NCBI GenBank assembly: GCA_963666055.2
Contig: CAXWPH010000015.1
Span: 2,048,001 to 2,112,000, forward strand
Length of the DNA: 64,000 bases
Direction: 5' to 3'
From: Acidobacteriota bacterium
Lineage (GTDB): Bacteria > Acidobacteriota > UBA890 > WLXD01
The notes below the pieces were generated by a model. It did not search any database and was not told the origin of the DNA. It saw nothing but the letters and a program-made list of their open reading frames with translations. The translations under genes and the position numbers were made by a program. Of the stretch, positions 39,228 through 49,957 are shown in pieces (the first letter of the stretch is position 1; every line of letters starts with the position of its first letter).

Positions 39228-40325
39228 ATGACGAAAACCACGCTCGCTTGGATGGCAGTGCTCGGGTGCGCTCTAGGAGGCGGCGCTCTCTCACAGGAGT
39301 CGGCGTTCGAGCGCCACGACGTGGCCGTGGCGACGCCAGCCTACAACCTGCAACCGGGCGACTTCGACGGTGACGGTGACCTCGATCTGGCGACCGCGAA
39401 CCAGCAGGCGAACAGCGTCTCGATTCTGCTGAACGACGGGCGCGGCATGTTCATCGCTGGCGCTACGATCGAAGGGTTGCAGCGCCCCGAGGCGCTCGCG
39501 ACGGCGGATGTTGATGCCGATGGCGATCTGGACCTGGCGATCGTCAACGCCGGTGCGGACAACGTTGTCCTGCTGCTGAACGACGGCAATGCTCAGTTCA
39601 CTGTCGGGGCCAAGACACCGGTAGGTTCCAGCCCGCACGCCATCGTCGCCGTGGATATCGACGCCGACGGCGACACTGATTGGGCCGTGTCGGACTTCGG
39701 ATCCGCGACTGTATCGATACTGGCCAACGATGGCAGCGGCGACTACACCCTCGTGACCGTCGTCGAGGCAAGCCCTGGCACGGAGCGGGCGGTCGTTGCG
39801 GATCTGGATCTGGACGGCGATCCAGACCTCGCAGTTTCCAGCTTCAGCGCCGCCACCGTGAACGTGCTGATCAACGACGGTGCCGGTGGTTTCACGCCGG
39901 GCGCGGCGTTGACCGTGGGAGCGCGACAGCACATCGCGGCGGGCGGTGATCTCGACGGCGACGGTGACGTCGACGTGATCGTCACCAGTTCGGGCACCGG
40001 AGAGGTAATGCTGCTCGACAACCATGAGGGGTCACTGGAGCACGACGTCTCGGTGATCGTCCCGGAAACCCCCTGGGCGGCCGTGGTTCTCGACTACGAC
40101 GGCGACGGCGACCTCGACGTGGCGGTCGCCGACTACTCCGGCCATCGTGTCTCGATGCTGCAGAACGACGGCGCCGGTCAGCTTGAAGTGGCTTTCTCGG
40201 TAGCGGTCGGCCAGCAGCCCCACCAGGTCGTGTCGGGAGACTTCGACGGCGACGGCACACCGGATCTAGCTACCGCCAACGACGCCGAGGCCACCATCAC
40301 GATCCTCCTGAGTCGACGCCCTTGA
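39228..40325 (+). CDS. FG-GAP/VCBS repeat beta-propeller, secreted
   Basis: About seven D-x-D-G/A-D-G-D-x-D repeats; signal peptide. Confidence 0.9.
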   Translation: MTKTTLAWMAVLGCALGGGALSQESAFERHDVAVATPAYNLQPGDFDGDGDLDLATANQQANSVSILLNDGRGMFIAGATIEGLQRPEALATADVDADGDLDLAIVNAGADNVVLLLNDGNAQFTVGAKTPVGSSPHAIVAVDIDADGDTDWAVSDFGSATVSILANDGSGDYTLVTVVEASPGTERAVVADLDLDGDPDLAVSSFSAATVNVLINDGAGGFTPGAALTVGARQHIAAGGDLDGDGDVDVIVTSSGTGEVMLLDNHEGSLEHDVSVIVPETPWAAVVLDYDGDGDLDVAVADYSGHRVSMLQNDGAGQLEVAFSVAVGQQPHQVVSGDFDGDGTPDLATANDAEATITILLSRRP

Positions 40326-40455
40326 GCGGCTCGCTGGATCCAGATCGCTGGGCGGGAGGATTGGACGGTGGCCGGCTGACGTTGCAAGGTACTCGCTCGG
40401 GACCGCAATCCGCACTCCTCGAGATCCAGCCCCCCAACGAAGCGCCGGAGTGAGC

Positions 40456-41019
40456 ATGGCGACGAGCCACCGTATCGTCGATCTGGTCGGACACGATCGC
40501 AAGATGATCAGCCGACTCGGCCCGCTCATCTTCGAAGCGCTCAAGCAGCATTCTCCCAACTGGCTGCCGACGGTCAACGACGCGACGCTAGAGATCCTGG
40601 AATCGCTAACTCCCGGACGCCTGAGCCGCGTGCTGATCGATTCGGCGGGAGAGCCCGTGGGCTGGATCGGCATCATCCCTCATAGCGGTGGTCGCGTCTG
40701 GGAGATCCACCCGATTGCCGTTGCAACCGCACACCAAGGCAACGGTTACGGACGCGTGCTGATCGAGGATATCGAGCGACACGCGCACCAGCAGGGCGTC
40801 CTTACCCTGTGGGCCGGCACCAGCGACGAGATGGGATTGACCAGCCTGGCCGGCGTCGATCTATATGCCGATCCCGCCGGCGCTATTTCCGGCATCGCCA
40901 GCATCAAGCCCCACGCATGGGAGTTCTGGGCCAGCGTCGGGTTTACTGTCGTAGGTCTCATGCCGGATGCGGAGGGACGGGGCAAGCCGAGCATTGTGTT
41001 GGCCAAACGGGTGGATTGA
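40456..41019 (+). CDS. GNAT acetyltransferase resembling the AAC(6')-Ia group
   Basis: WEIHPIAV, QGNGYG, LWAGTSDE, TSLAGVDLY, VGLMPDAEGRGKPSIVLAKR. Confidence 0.8.
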   Translation: MATSHRIVDLVGHDRKMISRLGPLIFEALKQHSPNWLPTVNDATLEILESLTPGRLSRVLIDSAGEPVGWIGIIPHSGGRVWEIHPIAVATAHQGNGYGRVLIEDIERHAHQQGVLTLWAGTSDEMGLTSLAGVDLYADPAGAISGIASIKPHAWEFWASVGFTVVGLMPDAEGRGKPSIVLAKRVD

Positions 41020-41025
41020 AGAGGG

Positions 41026-41304
41026 TTGAACGGCACTCGGTGGTTTCTACGCATCGCCTTGGCGGCCGGGTTTCTGTCCGCAGCGGCGGATCGCGTCGGT
41101 CTGTGGGGAGCGCCAGGGACCCCCGGCGTTGCCTGGGGCGAGTGGTCGATCGCCTGCGCCAGCGGGCTGCTCCTTCTCCTGTTCGCGCTGGCGATGGCCA
41201 TCGCCGAGGGGATCAAATCACCCCTGGATTCATCGGTCTTCGCCGCCGCTGCGGCCGCCTTCCTGCTCGCGGCGGTGACGGCCGACGAGAATCGTTCCTA
41301 CTAG
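41026..41304 (+). pseudogene. DoxX-family membrane protein with apparent in-frame internal deletion
   Basis: FLRIALAAGFLSAAADRVGLWG...AWGEW joined directly to ASGLLLLLFALAM...GIKSPLD. Confidence 0.6.
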
Positions 41305-41316
41305 GCCGAGCTCAAG

Positions 41317-41574
41317 GTGACCGTCCCGGGCGCTGAGCCCGTGGCTACCGCCATCGGCCGCGGCGGGGAGTGGGCGTACCCTCAATCGGGTAAAGGCCGC
41401 GCGCTGCTCGAGCTCGGCCGAGCCGCCGAAGCCGCCGCCGTCCTGCGCCGGGCGGTCTCCGAGTTCGAGCAATCAGGCGTTGCCTCCGCTCAGGACCTGG
41501 CCAGCGACCCTGAGGCCGGCGGGCATGTCCTCGCCCGCCGACCTCGAAGTCCGATCTGGGTGCTATTGGCCTGA
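41317..41574 (+). pseudogene. Possible TPR-containing gene remnant
   Basis: GRALLELGRAAEAAAVLRRAV is a TPR-like helix pair; no convincing start. Confidence 0.35.
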
Positions 41575-41746
41575 TGGGCTCCGGCGTGACCGGGTTGTAG
41601 CCGTCCATGTGTCGGGCTCGAGTTTGATGCGTGGCAGATTCCGCGCCCGGCATTGTCGCACGGCGGCTGTTGCCTGCTGCCAGTGGGCCCGGTAGGTGAA
41701 CCGGGCCCGCGCGGCTATCATGGCGCCAAGACCAGGAGGCAACCCG

Positions 41747-43525
41747 ATGACGCAGAGATCTCGAACCGGCGGCCGTAGCGTGGTCGCCGTTCTTGGCATG
41801 GTGCTGGCTTCGTGTAACGGCGCTGGGCCGAGCGCAGACGAGGCGGCCGATGTTGTGCTGGTCAACGGCAAGATCATCACGGTCGACGCCACCGACACCG
41901 TTGCCGAGGCCGTCGCGGTGAAGGACGGTCGCATTGTCGCGGTCGGCTCGAGCGCCGAGATCGAGGCGCTGGTCGGTGCATCCACCCGCAGGATCGATCT
42001 CGGTGGCCGGGCGGCAACGCCGGGGCTGCTCGACGCGCACGCTCACTTCGGCAACGGCGGCGCCACGCGGATGTTCGTACTGGATCTCAGCTACCCCGAG
42101 GTAACCTCGGTCGCCGATGTGGTCGACAAGGTCGCCGAGCGTGTCGCGCAGGCCGAGCCCGGCGACTGGATCCGCGGCCGTGGCTGGGACGAGGGCAAGT
42201 TCGAGGAGTTGCGCTACGTCACCGCAGCCGACCTCGACGCGATCGCTCCCGACAACCCGGTATGGCTGACGCACACCATGGGGCACTACGGTACCGCCAA
42301 CAGCCTGGCGATGGAGCTTGCCGGCGTTACCCGCGACACCCCGGATCCGCCCGGCGGCACCATCGATCACGACGCCGACGGCAACGCCACGGGCGTGTTG
42401 AAGGAGCGCGCCCAGGGACTGGTCAACGGGCTGATTCCACCGATGAGCCCCGAGCAGGTGCGCGACGGCATGCGCGACCTGTCGCAAGCCTTCAACGCCG
42501 AGGGCATGACCGGGGTGAAGGACCCCGGCATCGGGCAGGCAACCTGGGACGCCTACGCCGATGTGCTCGCCGATGGCGACCTTTCGGTCAGGGTATTCGT
42601 GCTGTGGCGCAGCCGGGGAGACCTGAGCGACGCGGAGGCGCTGGCGGAGCGTGTGGGGCCGTTTACCAGGCCGTACGAGTCGACCAGCGACGATCGTTTG
42701 ATCTCCGGTGGTATCAAACTCATGATCGACGGCAGCGGCGGGGCGCGCACCGCCTGGATGTACGACGACTGGAACCGCGATTTCGACCAGGTCGACACCG
42801 GCAATCGCGGCTACCCGGTGGAGCCGGCGGAGCTGATTCGCGACAAGATTCGGCTGTTCCACGACGCCGGCCTGCACGTCAGCACCCACTCGATCGGCGA
42901 TCGAGGCATCGACTGGGTGGTCGACAGCTACGCCATGGCGCTCGAGGACAATCCCCGTTCCGGGCTCCGCCACGGCATCATCCACGCCAACATCCCCACC
43001 GACCACGCCATCGACACGATGGCGCGGTTACAGCGAGAGTTCGACGCTGGCTTCCCGGAGCCCTCGCCGCCCTTCATGTGGTGGATCGGCGATACCTACG
43101 CCGGCAACTTCGGCCCCGGCCGAGCGTTGCGCCTCAACCCGTTCGCGACCTTTGTCGAGAAGGGCATCCCCTGGGCAAGCGCGTCCGATTTCAGCGTTAC
43201 GCCGTTTGCGGCTCGCTATGGGTTGTGGGCGTCGGTGGCGCGCGAGACCTTGCTGGGCGTGTACGGTGACCACCCGTACGGATCAGACGAGTCGGTGGAT
43301 ATTCGCACCGCGCTACGCTCCTACACCATCTGGAGCGCGCGCCAAATGTTCCTGGAGGACAAGATCGGCTCGATCGAGGTCGGCAAGTACGCCGATATCG
43401 CGGTATGGGACCGTGATCCGTACACAGTGCCCACGGCCGACATCAAGGACATGGTGTGTGAGATGACGCTTTTCGACGGCCGCGTCGTGTACGTCAACCC
43501 GCAGACCACGCTCAACATTCCATAA
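41747..43525 (+). CDS. YtcJ-like amidohydrolase lipoprotein
   Basis: GGAGG RBS; LASC lipobox; PGLLDAHAH, HSIGDRGID, GKYADIAVWD. Confidence 0.92.
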   Translation: MTQRSRTGGRSVVAVLGMVLASCNGAGPSADEAADVVLVNGKIITVDATDTVAEAVAVKDGRIVAVGSSAEIEALVGASTRRIDLGGRAATPGLLDAHAHFGNGGATRMFVLDLSYPEVTSVADVVDKVAERVAQAEPGDWIRGRGWDEGKFEELRYVTAADLDAIAPDNPVWLTHTMGHYGTANSLAMELAGVTRDTPDPPGGTIDHDADGNATGVLKERAQGLVNGLIPPMSPEQVRDGMRDLSQAFNAEGMTGVKDPGIGQATWDAYADVLADGDLSVRVFVLWRSRGDLSDAEALAERVGPFTRPYESTSDDRLISGGIKLMIDGSGGARTAWMYDDWNRDFDQVDTGNRGYPVEPAELIRDKIRLFHDAGLHVSTHSIGDRGIDWVVDSYAMALEDNPRSGLRHGIIHANIPTDHAIDTMARLQREFDAGFPEPSPPFMWWIGDTYAGNFGPGRALRLNPFATFVEKGIPWASASDFSVTPFAARYGLWASVARETLLGVYGDHPYGSDESVDIRTALRSYTIWSARQMFLEDKIGSIEVGKYADIAVWDRDPYTVPTADIKDMVCEMTLFDGRVVYVNPQTTLNIP

Positions 43526-43543
43526 ACCTCTCGCACTTCGGAG

Positions 43544-45835
43544 TTGACCATGCGCATCGATTGCCCGCCCTCGTCGCCCGCGTTGCGCGCGCTCATCGTC
43601 GCCGCTTTGCTGATCGCCCCGACGCATACGGCGCTGGCCCCGGCCGCGGGCCAGACGCCGGCCGACGGGCCACGTGCCATGACCTTCCTCGATATGCAGC
43701 ACATGGCTCGGGCCGGCTCCTTCGCCCCTAGCCTCGACGGCAAGTGGATGCTGTACACGGTAACCACACCCGATTGGGAGAATGCGACGCAGCAGTCCGA
43801 CATCCACTTGGTGTCACTGGAGCAGGGCGCCGCCTCGGGTCGCCGCATGACCTACACGGACGACAAGAACGAGAGATCTCCGACGTGGTCGCGTGACGGG
43901 CGCTTCTTCGTCTTCGCTTCTGACCGCGACTCTGACGACGATAACGACCAGCTGTACCTGATGCGCCCGGATGGCGGCGAAGCGAGGCGAATCACGGATG
44001 CCGAGGACGGCGTGTCGAACTTCGCCTTCAGCGACGACGGCCAATGGCTGGCCTACCGTAGCGGCGAGTCCGGCCAGGAGCAGCTGTTCAGGCTACAGGT
44101 GCAAGGTATCGACACGGCGACGGCGGAGGAGCTCACCGATGACGCCGCCGGCGTCGAAGACTGGGAGTGGGCCCCGGATAGCCGCCGCATCTACTTCGCC
44201 AGGCCCGACAACGTCGATGCGGACGAGCGCTTGCGCACTGAGATGAAGTTCACCGTCGACGTTCGCAACCAGGAGACGCCATTGTCGAGCCTGTGGGTGC
44301 TCGAGCTCGATTCGCTGCAAGCAACTCGGTTGACCGACGATGCGAGCATGAGCGTGACGAGCTTCACGGTATCCGACGACGGTCGCTGGGTGGGCTTCAC
44401 GGGATCTTCGGCCGAGCGTTACGAGCGCAACATCACCGAGGAGCGCATCAACGCCGACCTCTACCTGCTCGAGACCTCGACCGGGTATGTGGAGCGGTTG
44501 ACTGACAACCACGAGGTCGGCGAAGGCGGCATGAGCTTCTCGCCCGACGGCCGCCTGCTGGCATTCTCCGCTCCCGGCGATATGGATGCCTACAGCATGA
44601 AGAACCGGCGCGTCTACGTGCGCGAGGTTGCCGATCGAGGCGGCGTCTTCCGCCAGGTCGGCAGTGGTTTTGACGGGCACGCATCGCCGAGCTTCTGGTC
44701 CGATGACGGTAGCACCATCTATTTCAACGGCGGTGTTCGCGTCACCAGCCAGCTGCACTCCGTCGACGTAGCCAGCGATACGGTGCAGCAGCTAACGCAC
44801 GAAGCTGCCGCGCTCAGGGTGAGCCGCGACGACGATTCGGGCGTGCTGCTGATCAACTACTCGGATCCGAGCACCCCGCCGACGCTGTTTACGGTGGCGA
44901 GCGTGCAGGAGATGGGCACGCGCTCGGCATGGAAGCAGCTCGTCGACGTCAACCGCCAAATCGAGGGCCTCGCCCTGGGTGAGGAGACCGAGATCACCTG
45001 GACGTCGACCGACGGCAAGCAGGTTGGCGGCGTGCTGGTGAAGCCGGTGAGCTACGAGGAGGGGAAGCGCTACCCGCTCATCGTCGCCATCCACGGTGGT
45101 CCCGCCGGTGCCGACACGCTGCGGTTCAACGGCGGCTACGGATCGCAGGTGTACGCCGGCGCCGGGTACGCGGTGTTGAAGCCCAACTACCGGGGCTCGT
45201 CCAACTACGGCGAAGAGCACCGTACCGCCATCGTTGGCGACTACTTCCCGCAGGGCTACGACGACATCATGACCGGCGTCGACCACCTCATCGCTGAGGG
45301 CATCGTCGACCCCGATCGTATGGGGGCGCTCGGCTGGAGCGCCGGCGGCCACTGGTCGAACTGGATACTCACCCACACCGACCGCTTCAAGGCGATCAGC
45401 TCCGGCGCGGGCACCTCGAACTGGATCTCGATGTACGCGCAGAGCGATGTACAACGCAACCGCCAGTTCTACCTCGGCAACGACCTCCCGTACGACAACT
45501 ACGACGCTTACTGGGAGCAGTCGCCGATGAAGTACATCAAGAACGCCAAGACGCCGACGATGATCCACGTGGTCGAAGGCGATCCTCGCGTTCCCAGCCC
45601 GCAATCGGTCGAGCTGCACATGGCGCTCAAGAAGCTCGGGGTGCCCACCGAGCTGTACATGTATCCGGGCCGCAGCCACGGCATCCCGGATCCGCGCAAC
45701 CGGTTGGTAAAGGCGGTCAGCGAGATGGCGTGGATGGACTACTACGTGCGCGGTATCGGCGAGAAGTTCGCCTGGCGCGACGTGCTGAAGACACTCAGCG
45801 ACCCGGGAAAGACCGCCGCGAACGGTGGCAGCTGA
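43544..45835 (+). CDS. Secreted S9 family peptidase
   Basis: PD40-like propeller; IHGGP, NYRGSSNYG, GWSAGG, GDPRVP, SHG. Confidence 0.93.
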   Translation: MTMRIDCPPSSPALRALIVAALLIAPTHTALAPAAGQTPADGPRAMTFLDMQHMARAGSFAPSLDGKWMLYTVTTPDWENATQQSDIHLVSLEQGAASGRRMTYTDDKNERSPTWSRDGRFFVFASDRDSDDDNDQLYLMRPDGGEARRITDAEDGVSNFAFSDDGQWLAYRSGESGQEQLFRLQVQGIDTATAEELTDDAAGVEDWEWAPDSRRIYFARPDNVDADERLRTEMKFTVDVRNQETPLSSLWVLELDSLQATRLTDDASMSVTSFTVSDDGRWVGFTGSSAERYERNITEERINADLYLLETSTGYVERLTDNHEVGEGGMSFSPDGRLLAFSAPGDMDAYSMKNRRVYVREVADRGGVFRQVGSGFDGHASPSFWSDDGSTIYFNGGVRVTSQLHSVDVASDTVQQLTHEAAALRVSRDDDSGVLLINYSDPSTPPTLFTVASVQEMGTRSAWKQLVDVNRQIEGLALGEETEITWTSTDGKQVGGVLVKPVSYEEGKRYPLIVAIHGGPAGADTLRFNGGYGSQVYAGAGYAVLKPNYRGSSNYGEEHRTAIVGDYFPQGYDDIMTGVDHLIAEGIVDPDRMGALGWSAGGHWSNWILTHTDRFKAISSGAGTSNWISMYAQSDVQRNRQFYLGNDLPYDNYDAYWEQSPMKYIKNAKTPTMIHVVEGDPRVPSPQSVELHMALKKLGVPTELYMYPGRSHGIPDPRNRLVKAVSEMAWMDYYVRGIGEKFAWRDVLKTLSDPGKTAANGGS

Positions 45836-45849
45836 GGAGAGCGTTGGCC

Positions 45850-46758
45850 GTGTCCGAGGCCGCCGTTCGCTTCGACGATATCCACAAGAGCTACGGCGAG
45901 ACCGTAGCGCTGCGCGGTGTGTCGTTCGAGGTTCGTTCTGGCGAGGTGTTCGGGCTACTGGGACCCAACGGTGCCGGCAAGACCAGCCTGATCCGCATCC
46001 TGCTCGACATCATTCGCGCCGACGAGGGCGGCGTGCACCTGTTCGGCGAGCCGTTGACGCACGACTTGCTCGATCGGGTCGGCTATCTGCCGGAAGAGCG
46101 CGGGCTCTACCGGAAGCAGAAGATCGTCGACGTGCTGGCGTACTTCGGGCGACTGCACGGGCTCAGCCGGGCCGAGGCACGCGAGCGCTCGTTCGCCTGG
46201 CTCGATCGCGTCGGCTTGTCGGAGGTCGCCAGCTGGAAGGTCGAACGCCTGAGCAAGGGGATGAGCCAGAAGGTGCAGGTGGCGGGCACGCTGCTGTTCG
46301 AGCCCGACCTCTGCGTTCTCGACGAGCCCTTTACCGGGCTCGATCCGCTCAACGTGCGCCTCGTGCAGGAGCTCATCGAAGAGCGTCGCGCCGCCGGCAT
46401 GACCACCATCCTGTCGACGCACCGCATGAACGCGGTCGAGGAGCTCTGTGATCGCGTCGCGCTGATCGATCACGGCAGCCTGGTGGTCTACGGCAAGACC
46501 GAGACGGTGCGCCGGGAGCACTCGGCCGGCGATATCCGGGTGACGTTGGCGGCCGCACCGCCGCCGCTGACGGAGATCGTACAGGCCACCGACGAGGGCG
46601 ATGGCAACTGGCTGCTGCAGCCGCAGCCCGACCTGAGCGTCGGCGAGCTGGTGCGCGCCCTGGTGGAGGCCGGCGCCGCTGTTGAGCGCATCGAGCCGGT
46701 GCTGGCCTCGATGGAAGACGTGTTCGTGCAGGTGGTCCAGCAGGAGCGCGAACACTGA
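45850..46758 (+). CDS. ABC transporter ATP-binding protein (NatA/YhaQ-like)
   Basis: GPNGAGKT, GYLPEERGLY, LSKGMSQK, LDEPFTGLDP. Confidence 0.93.
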   Translation: MSEAAVRFDDIHKSYGETVALRGVSFEVRSGEVFGLLGPNGAGKTSLIRILLDIIRADEGGVHLFGEPLTHDLLDRVGYLPEERGLYRKQKIVDVLAYFGRLHGLSRAEARERSFAWLDRVGLSEVASWKVERLSKGMSQKVQVAGTLLFEPDLCVLDEPFTGLDPLNVRLVQELIEERRAAGMTTILSTHRMNAVEELCDRVALIDHGSLVVYGKTETVRREHSAGDIRVTLAAAPPPLTEIVQATDEGDGNWLLQPQPDLSVGELVRALVEAGAAVERIEPVLASMEDVFVQVVQQEREH

Positions 46759-48079
46759 TGCGGCGTCGGCAAGTAGCCTGCGTCGCCGAGTTCGAGTTCC
46801 TCTCGATCGTGCGTACAAAGGGCTATTTGCTGGCTACCTTCGGGATGCCGGCCCTGCTAGTGGTGTACGCACTGTTCGCCAACTGGTTCGGCAACTTCAT
46901 CTTGCGCTCCGGCGAAGGTGAGACGCGGGTGTTCGGGGTGATCGACGCGGCCGGGTTGCTCGATTTGCGCGAGGACCTCGCCGGATCGTTGCTGCAGCTA
47001 CCCGATGCGGCTCGCCTGGCATTGGAGCAAAGCGGTGCCGACGTCTTGGGGCCGATCGCCTTCTTCACCGATACGGTGTTCCGTGGGTTCGACGATCAGG
47101 CAAGCGCGACACAAGCGTTCCTTGCCGACGAGATTGCCGGCTACATCGTCTTGCCGTCGGACTTCGTCGCCTCAGGTGAGATCGACGTCTACGCGAGCGA
47201 CGACGTGCGGACGCCACGCGGTACGGCGCGCGAGAACCTCGCCAGCCTGTTGCTCGAAGGCTTCCAGCAGCAGGCGCCGGAGGAGGTGCGAGCGCGCCTG
47301 GCCGATCCTGTTGCGAGCCATCGCGACTGGGTGATCGAGGAGAACGGTGCAACCCATCCGTACGACCGGCGGCCGCGATCCTGCGCGTTGCCGTGCCCGG
47401 CGCGTTCACCATCACGTTCCTGATCGCCCTGCTCACCACCACCGGCTATCTGGTGCAGGGCGTCTCAACGGAGAAGGAGAATCGCGTTGTCGAGGTGCTG
47501 CTGTCGTCCACCACGCCCGACGAGATTCTCGGCGGCAAGCTGCTGGGGCTCGGGACGGCCGGCCTGCTTCAGGTCCTGGTGTGGTTCTCGATGGTCATCT
47601 TCGGTGCCGCAATCGCGGCGGGCATCGCCATTGCAGCGGGCGTGGCGATCCCATGGAAGGCGCTCATCACCGGCGCACTCTTCTTCGTTGCAGCCTACTT
47701 CTTCTACGGGGCCATCATGCTGGCCTTCGCCTCCTTCGGCAACAGCCAGCAGGAGGGCCAGAAGCTCGCCGGCTTGTGGACGATGCTGGCGGTGCTTCCC
47801 ATGATGCTGTTCCCCGTCATGATCAACGCACCGCACGGCACCCTGGCGCGGATCATGAGCTTCATCCCCTTCAGCGCAGGGCTTACGATGCTTGGCCGCG
47901 TTGCGCTCGATCCGGACGGTGTGCAAGTCTGGGAGCTGGCGCTGTCGCTGGGGATTCTGATCATCTCGACCTGGCTGGCGCTCAAGCTCGGGGCGCGGCT
48001 GTTCCGCATCGGGCTGCTGGCGCTCGGTAGCCGTCCGAAACTGAGGGAAATCTGGCGTCAGGCGCGCCTATCCAGCTAG
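46758..48079 (+). CDS. ABC-2 permease (NatB/YhaP-like), split by a 1-nt frameshift near 47367
   Basis: N-half ORF 46758-47423 and C-half with EKENRVVEVLLSS, GKLLG; one missing base restores the frame. Confidence 0.85.
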
Positions 48080-49069
48080 GACTTCTACCGCCCCACCGTT
48101 TCGCGCCGATCGGTAGAGCGCCTCGATGACGCGCATGTTGCGCGCCGCCTCGGCGGCGTCGTAGCGCAGCGGCAGGTCGTCGAGAGCGCACTCGGCGAAG
48201 TGCTCGACCATGAGCCGGTACTCATCGACGCCCTCAACGGTGTGCGTTTGCCGCTCATCGTGGCCGCGCAGCTGGTGAATCTGCGCGTCGCCGGTGCCGG
48301 GTAGGAACGCCGCCGGCACGCGCAGATGCCCCTCGGTGCCAGCGATCTCGTAGTCTTCTCGCCTCTCCAGCGTCAGGGCGCAATCGAACTGTGCCAGCAA
48401 CCCGTGGGCAAAGCGCATCGTGCCCGCCATCTGCGTGTCCACACCGCTGGCCCCCCACTCCGCCAGGGCTTGAACCTCGAGCGGCTCGCTGCCGGCGACC
48501 GTTCGGCTGACGTTGACGCAGTAGCAGCCAACGTCCATCAGCGCGCCGCCGCCAAGCTCCGGCTGCAGGCGAATGTTGTCCGGCTTGGTGAGGCGAAACG
48601 TGAAAGCGCTGCGGATCACGTGCGGCTCTCCGATGGCGCCCGACCGCACCAGCTCCACGACCTTGGCGGTACGTGGATGGAAGCGGTACATGAACGCCTC
48701 CATCAGCTTCACGCCGCTGGCGTCGGCGGCCGCCTGCATCTCGGCGCACTCCTTCGCGGTGAGCGCCAGCGGCTTCTCGCAGAGCACATGCTTGCCATGC
48801 TCGGCGGCACGAATCGTCCACTTTCGATGCATGCTGTTGGGCAGCGGAATGTAGACGGCATCGATGTCTTCCTGCACCAACAGGGCCTCGTAGCTGCCGT
48901 ACGATCGTGGGATGCCGGAGGCTTGGGCGAACGCCTTCGCCGCCGCCGCTCTGCGGCTCGCAACCGCCACCAGCTCGCCGTTGTCGGATGCCTGGATCGC
49001 CGGGTTTACCGCCACGCGGCCGATGTTCGCCGTGCTGATCACGCCCCAGCGCAGCTTTCGGTCGCTCAC
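48068..49069 (-). CDS. Gfo/Idh/MocA oxidoreductase (canonical, xylose dehydrogenase-like)
   Basis: WGVISTANIG, PLPNSMH, CEKPL, EAFMYRFHP, GGGALMDVGCY. Confidence 0.92.
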   Translation of the reverse strand: MSDRKLRWGVISTANIGRVAVNPAIQASDNGELVAVASRRAAAAKAFAQASGIPRSYGSYEALLVQEDIDAVYIPLPNSMHRKWTIRAAEHGKHVLCEKPLALTAKECAEMQAAADASGVKLMEAFMYRFHPRTAKVVELVRSGAIGEPHVIRSAFTFRLTKPDNIRLQPELGGGALMDVGCYCVNVSRTVAGSEPLEVQALAEWGASGVDTQMAGTMRFAHGLLAQFDCALTLERREDYEIAGTEGHLRVPAAFLPGTGDAQIHQLRGHDERQTHTVEGVDEYRLMVEHFAECALDDLPLRYDAAEAARNMRVIEALYRSARNGGAVEVLAG

Positions 49070-49914
49070 AGGCTGCCTCCCGGTTTCGTGTCGACCTCGC
49101 CGCCCCGTCTAGTCACCCAGTCGTAGCGAGGGTCGTCGTCGATGATGGGCCCCGTCGGTCGCGTCCCTATGCCGGCGCCGCCATCGACCTTGTACAGGGC
49201 ACCCGTCACGTAGCTGGATGCCTCAGACGCCAGCCACAGGACCAGAGCCGCGACCTCCGCCGGCGCGCCTGGCCGTGAAAGCGGCGGCATCGGAATCCGG
49301 GCCGCGAGCCGCTCGGCCATCGGCGCGGGTAACGGCTTGGGCTGCGTATCGATGAGCCCAGGGCTGACCGTGTTTACGAGGATGCCGTGGGGCGCAAGCT
49401 CGATGGCAGCCACGCGCGAGAAGCTCTCCGTCGCTGCGCGACTGGACGCGTACGCTGCAGCACCGGCCGAGCCCCGTCGGCTCACGCCCGAGGAGAAGTT
49501 GATGATGCGACCCTCAGCCCCTTGCTCGATGAGCACACGCGCTGCCGCCTGCGTCATGAGGAACGTCCCCCGACAGTTGACCGCGTACACCCGGTCCCAC
49601 ACTTCGACGCGCTCCTCGAGCAGACTCGCATGAGGAGCGACCGCCGCGTTGTTGACACAGATGTCCAGGCGACCAAAGCGCTCGACGGCGGCCTCGATGA
49701 TGCTCGCCGCACCATCGACCTCGCTGATATCTGCGACGACGGTTGCGACCCCTGGCCCCACGACGCGTTCTGTCTCGGCCAGGCCAGCAGCATCACGGTC
49801 CGCGGCGACGACGCGGGCGCCCGTCCTCGCGAATGCGGCGACAATCTCGCGACCAACGCCGCGCGCGGCGCCCGTCACGACCGCTATCTTGCCGGTGAAG
49901 TCGTAATTGACCAT
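49066..49914 (-). CDS. Short-chain dehydrogenase/reductase
   Basis: TGAARGVG, NNAA, YASSR (Arg in place of the YxxxK Lys), SPGLIDT, VDGG. Confidence 0.9.
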   Translation of the reverse strand: MVNYDFTGKIAVVTGAARGVGREIVAAFARTGARVVAADRDAAGLAETERVVGPGVATVVADISEVDGAASIIEAAVERFGRLDICVNNAAVAPHASLLEERVEVWDRVYAVNCRGTFLMTQAAARVLIEQGAEGRIINFSSGVSRRGSAGAAAYASSRAATESFSRVAAIELAPHGILVNTVSPGLIDTQPKPLPAPMAERLAARIPMPPLSRPGAPAEVAALVLWLASEASSYVTGALYKVDGGAGIGTRPTGPIIDDDPRYDWVTRRGGEVDTKPGGSL

Positions 49915-49957
49915 CGATAGCTCCCCTCGCAGCTTCGGGATGCGGTCACAGGCTGCC

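Noticed and set aside
39340-40290. Recurring GACGGCGACGGCGAC DNA repeats
   Set aside because: Explained by FG-GAP protein repeats
40326-41700. Integron cassette array around the aac-like gene
   Set aside because: No integrase and no convincing attC (RYYYAAC...GTTRRRY) sites seen
41345-43006. Long antisense ORFs (also 6741-8039, 12363-13541, 5472-6455 and others)
   Set aside because: Expected shadows of high-GC genes; no recognisable motifs
47360-47400. Programmed frameshift in the NatB-like permease
   Set aside because: No slippery sequence; a single missing base is more simply a sequencing error or recent mutation
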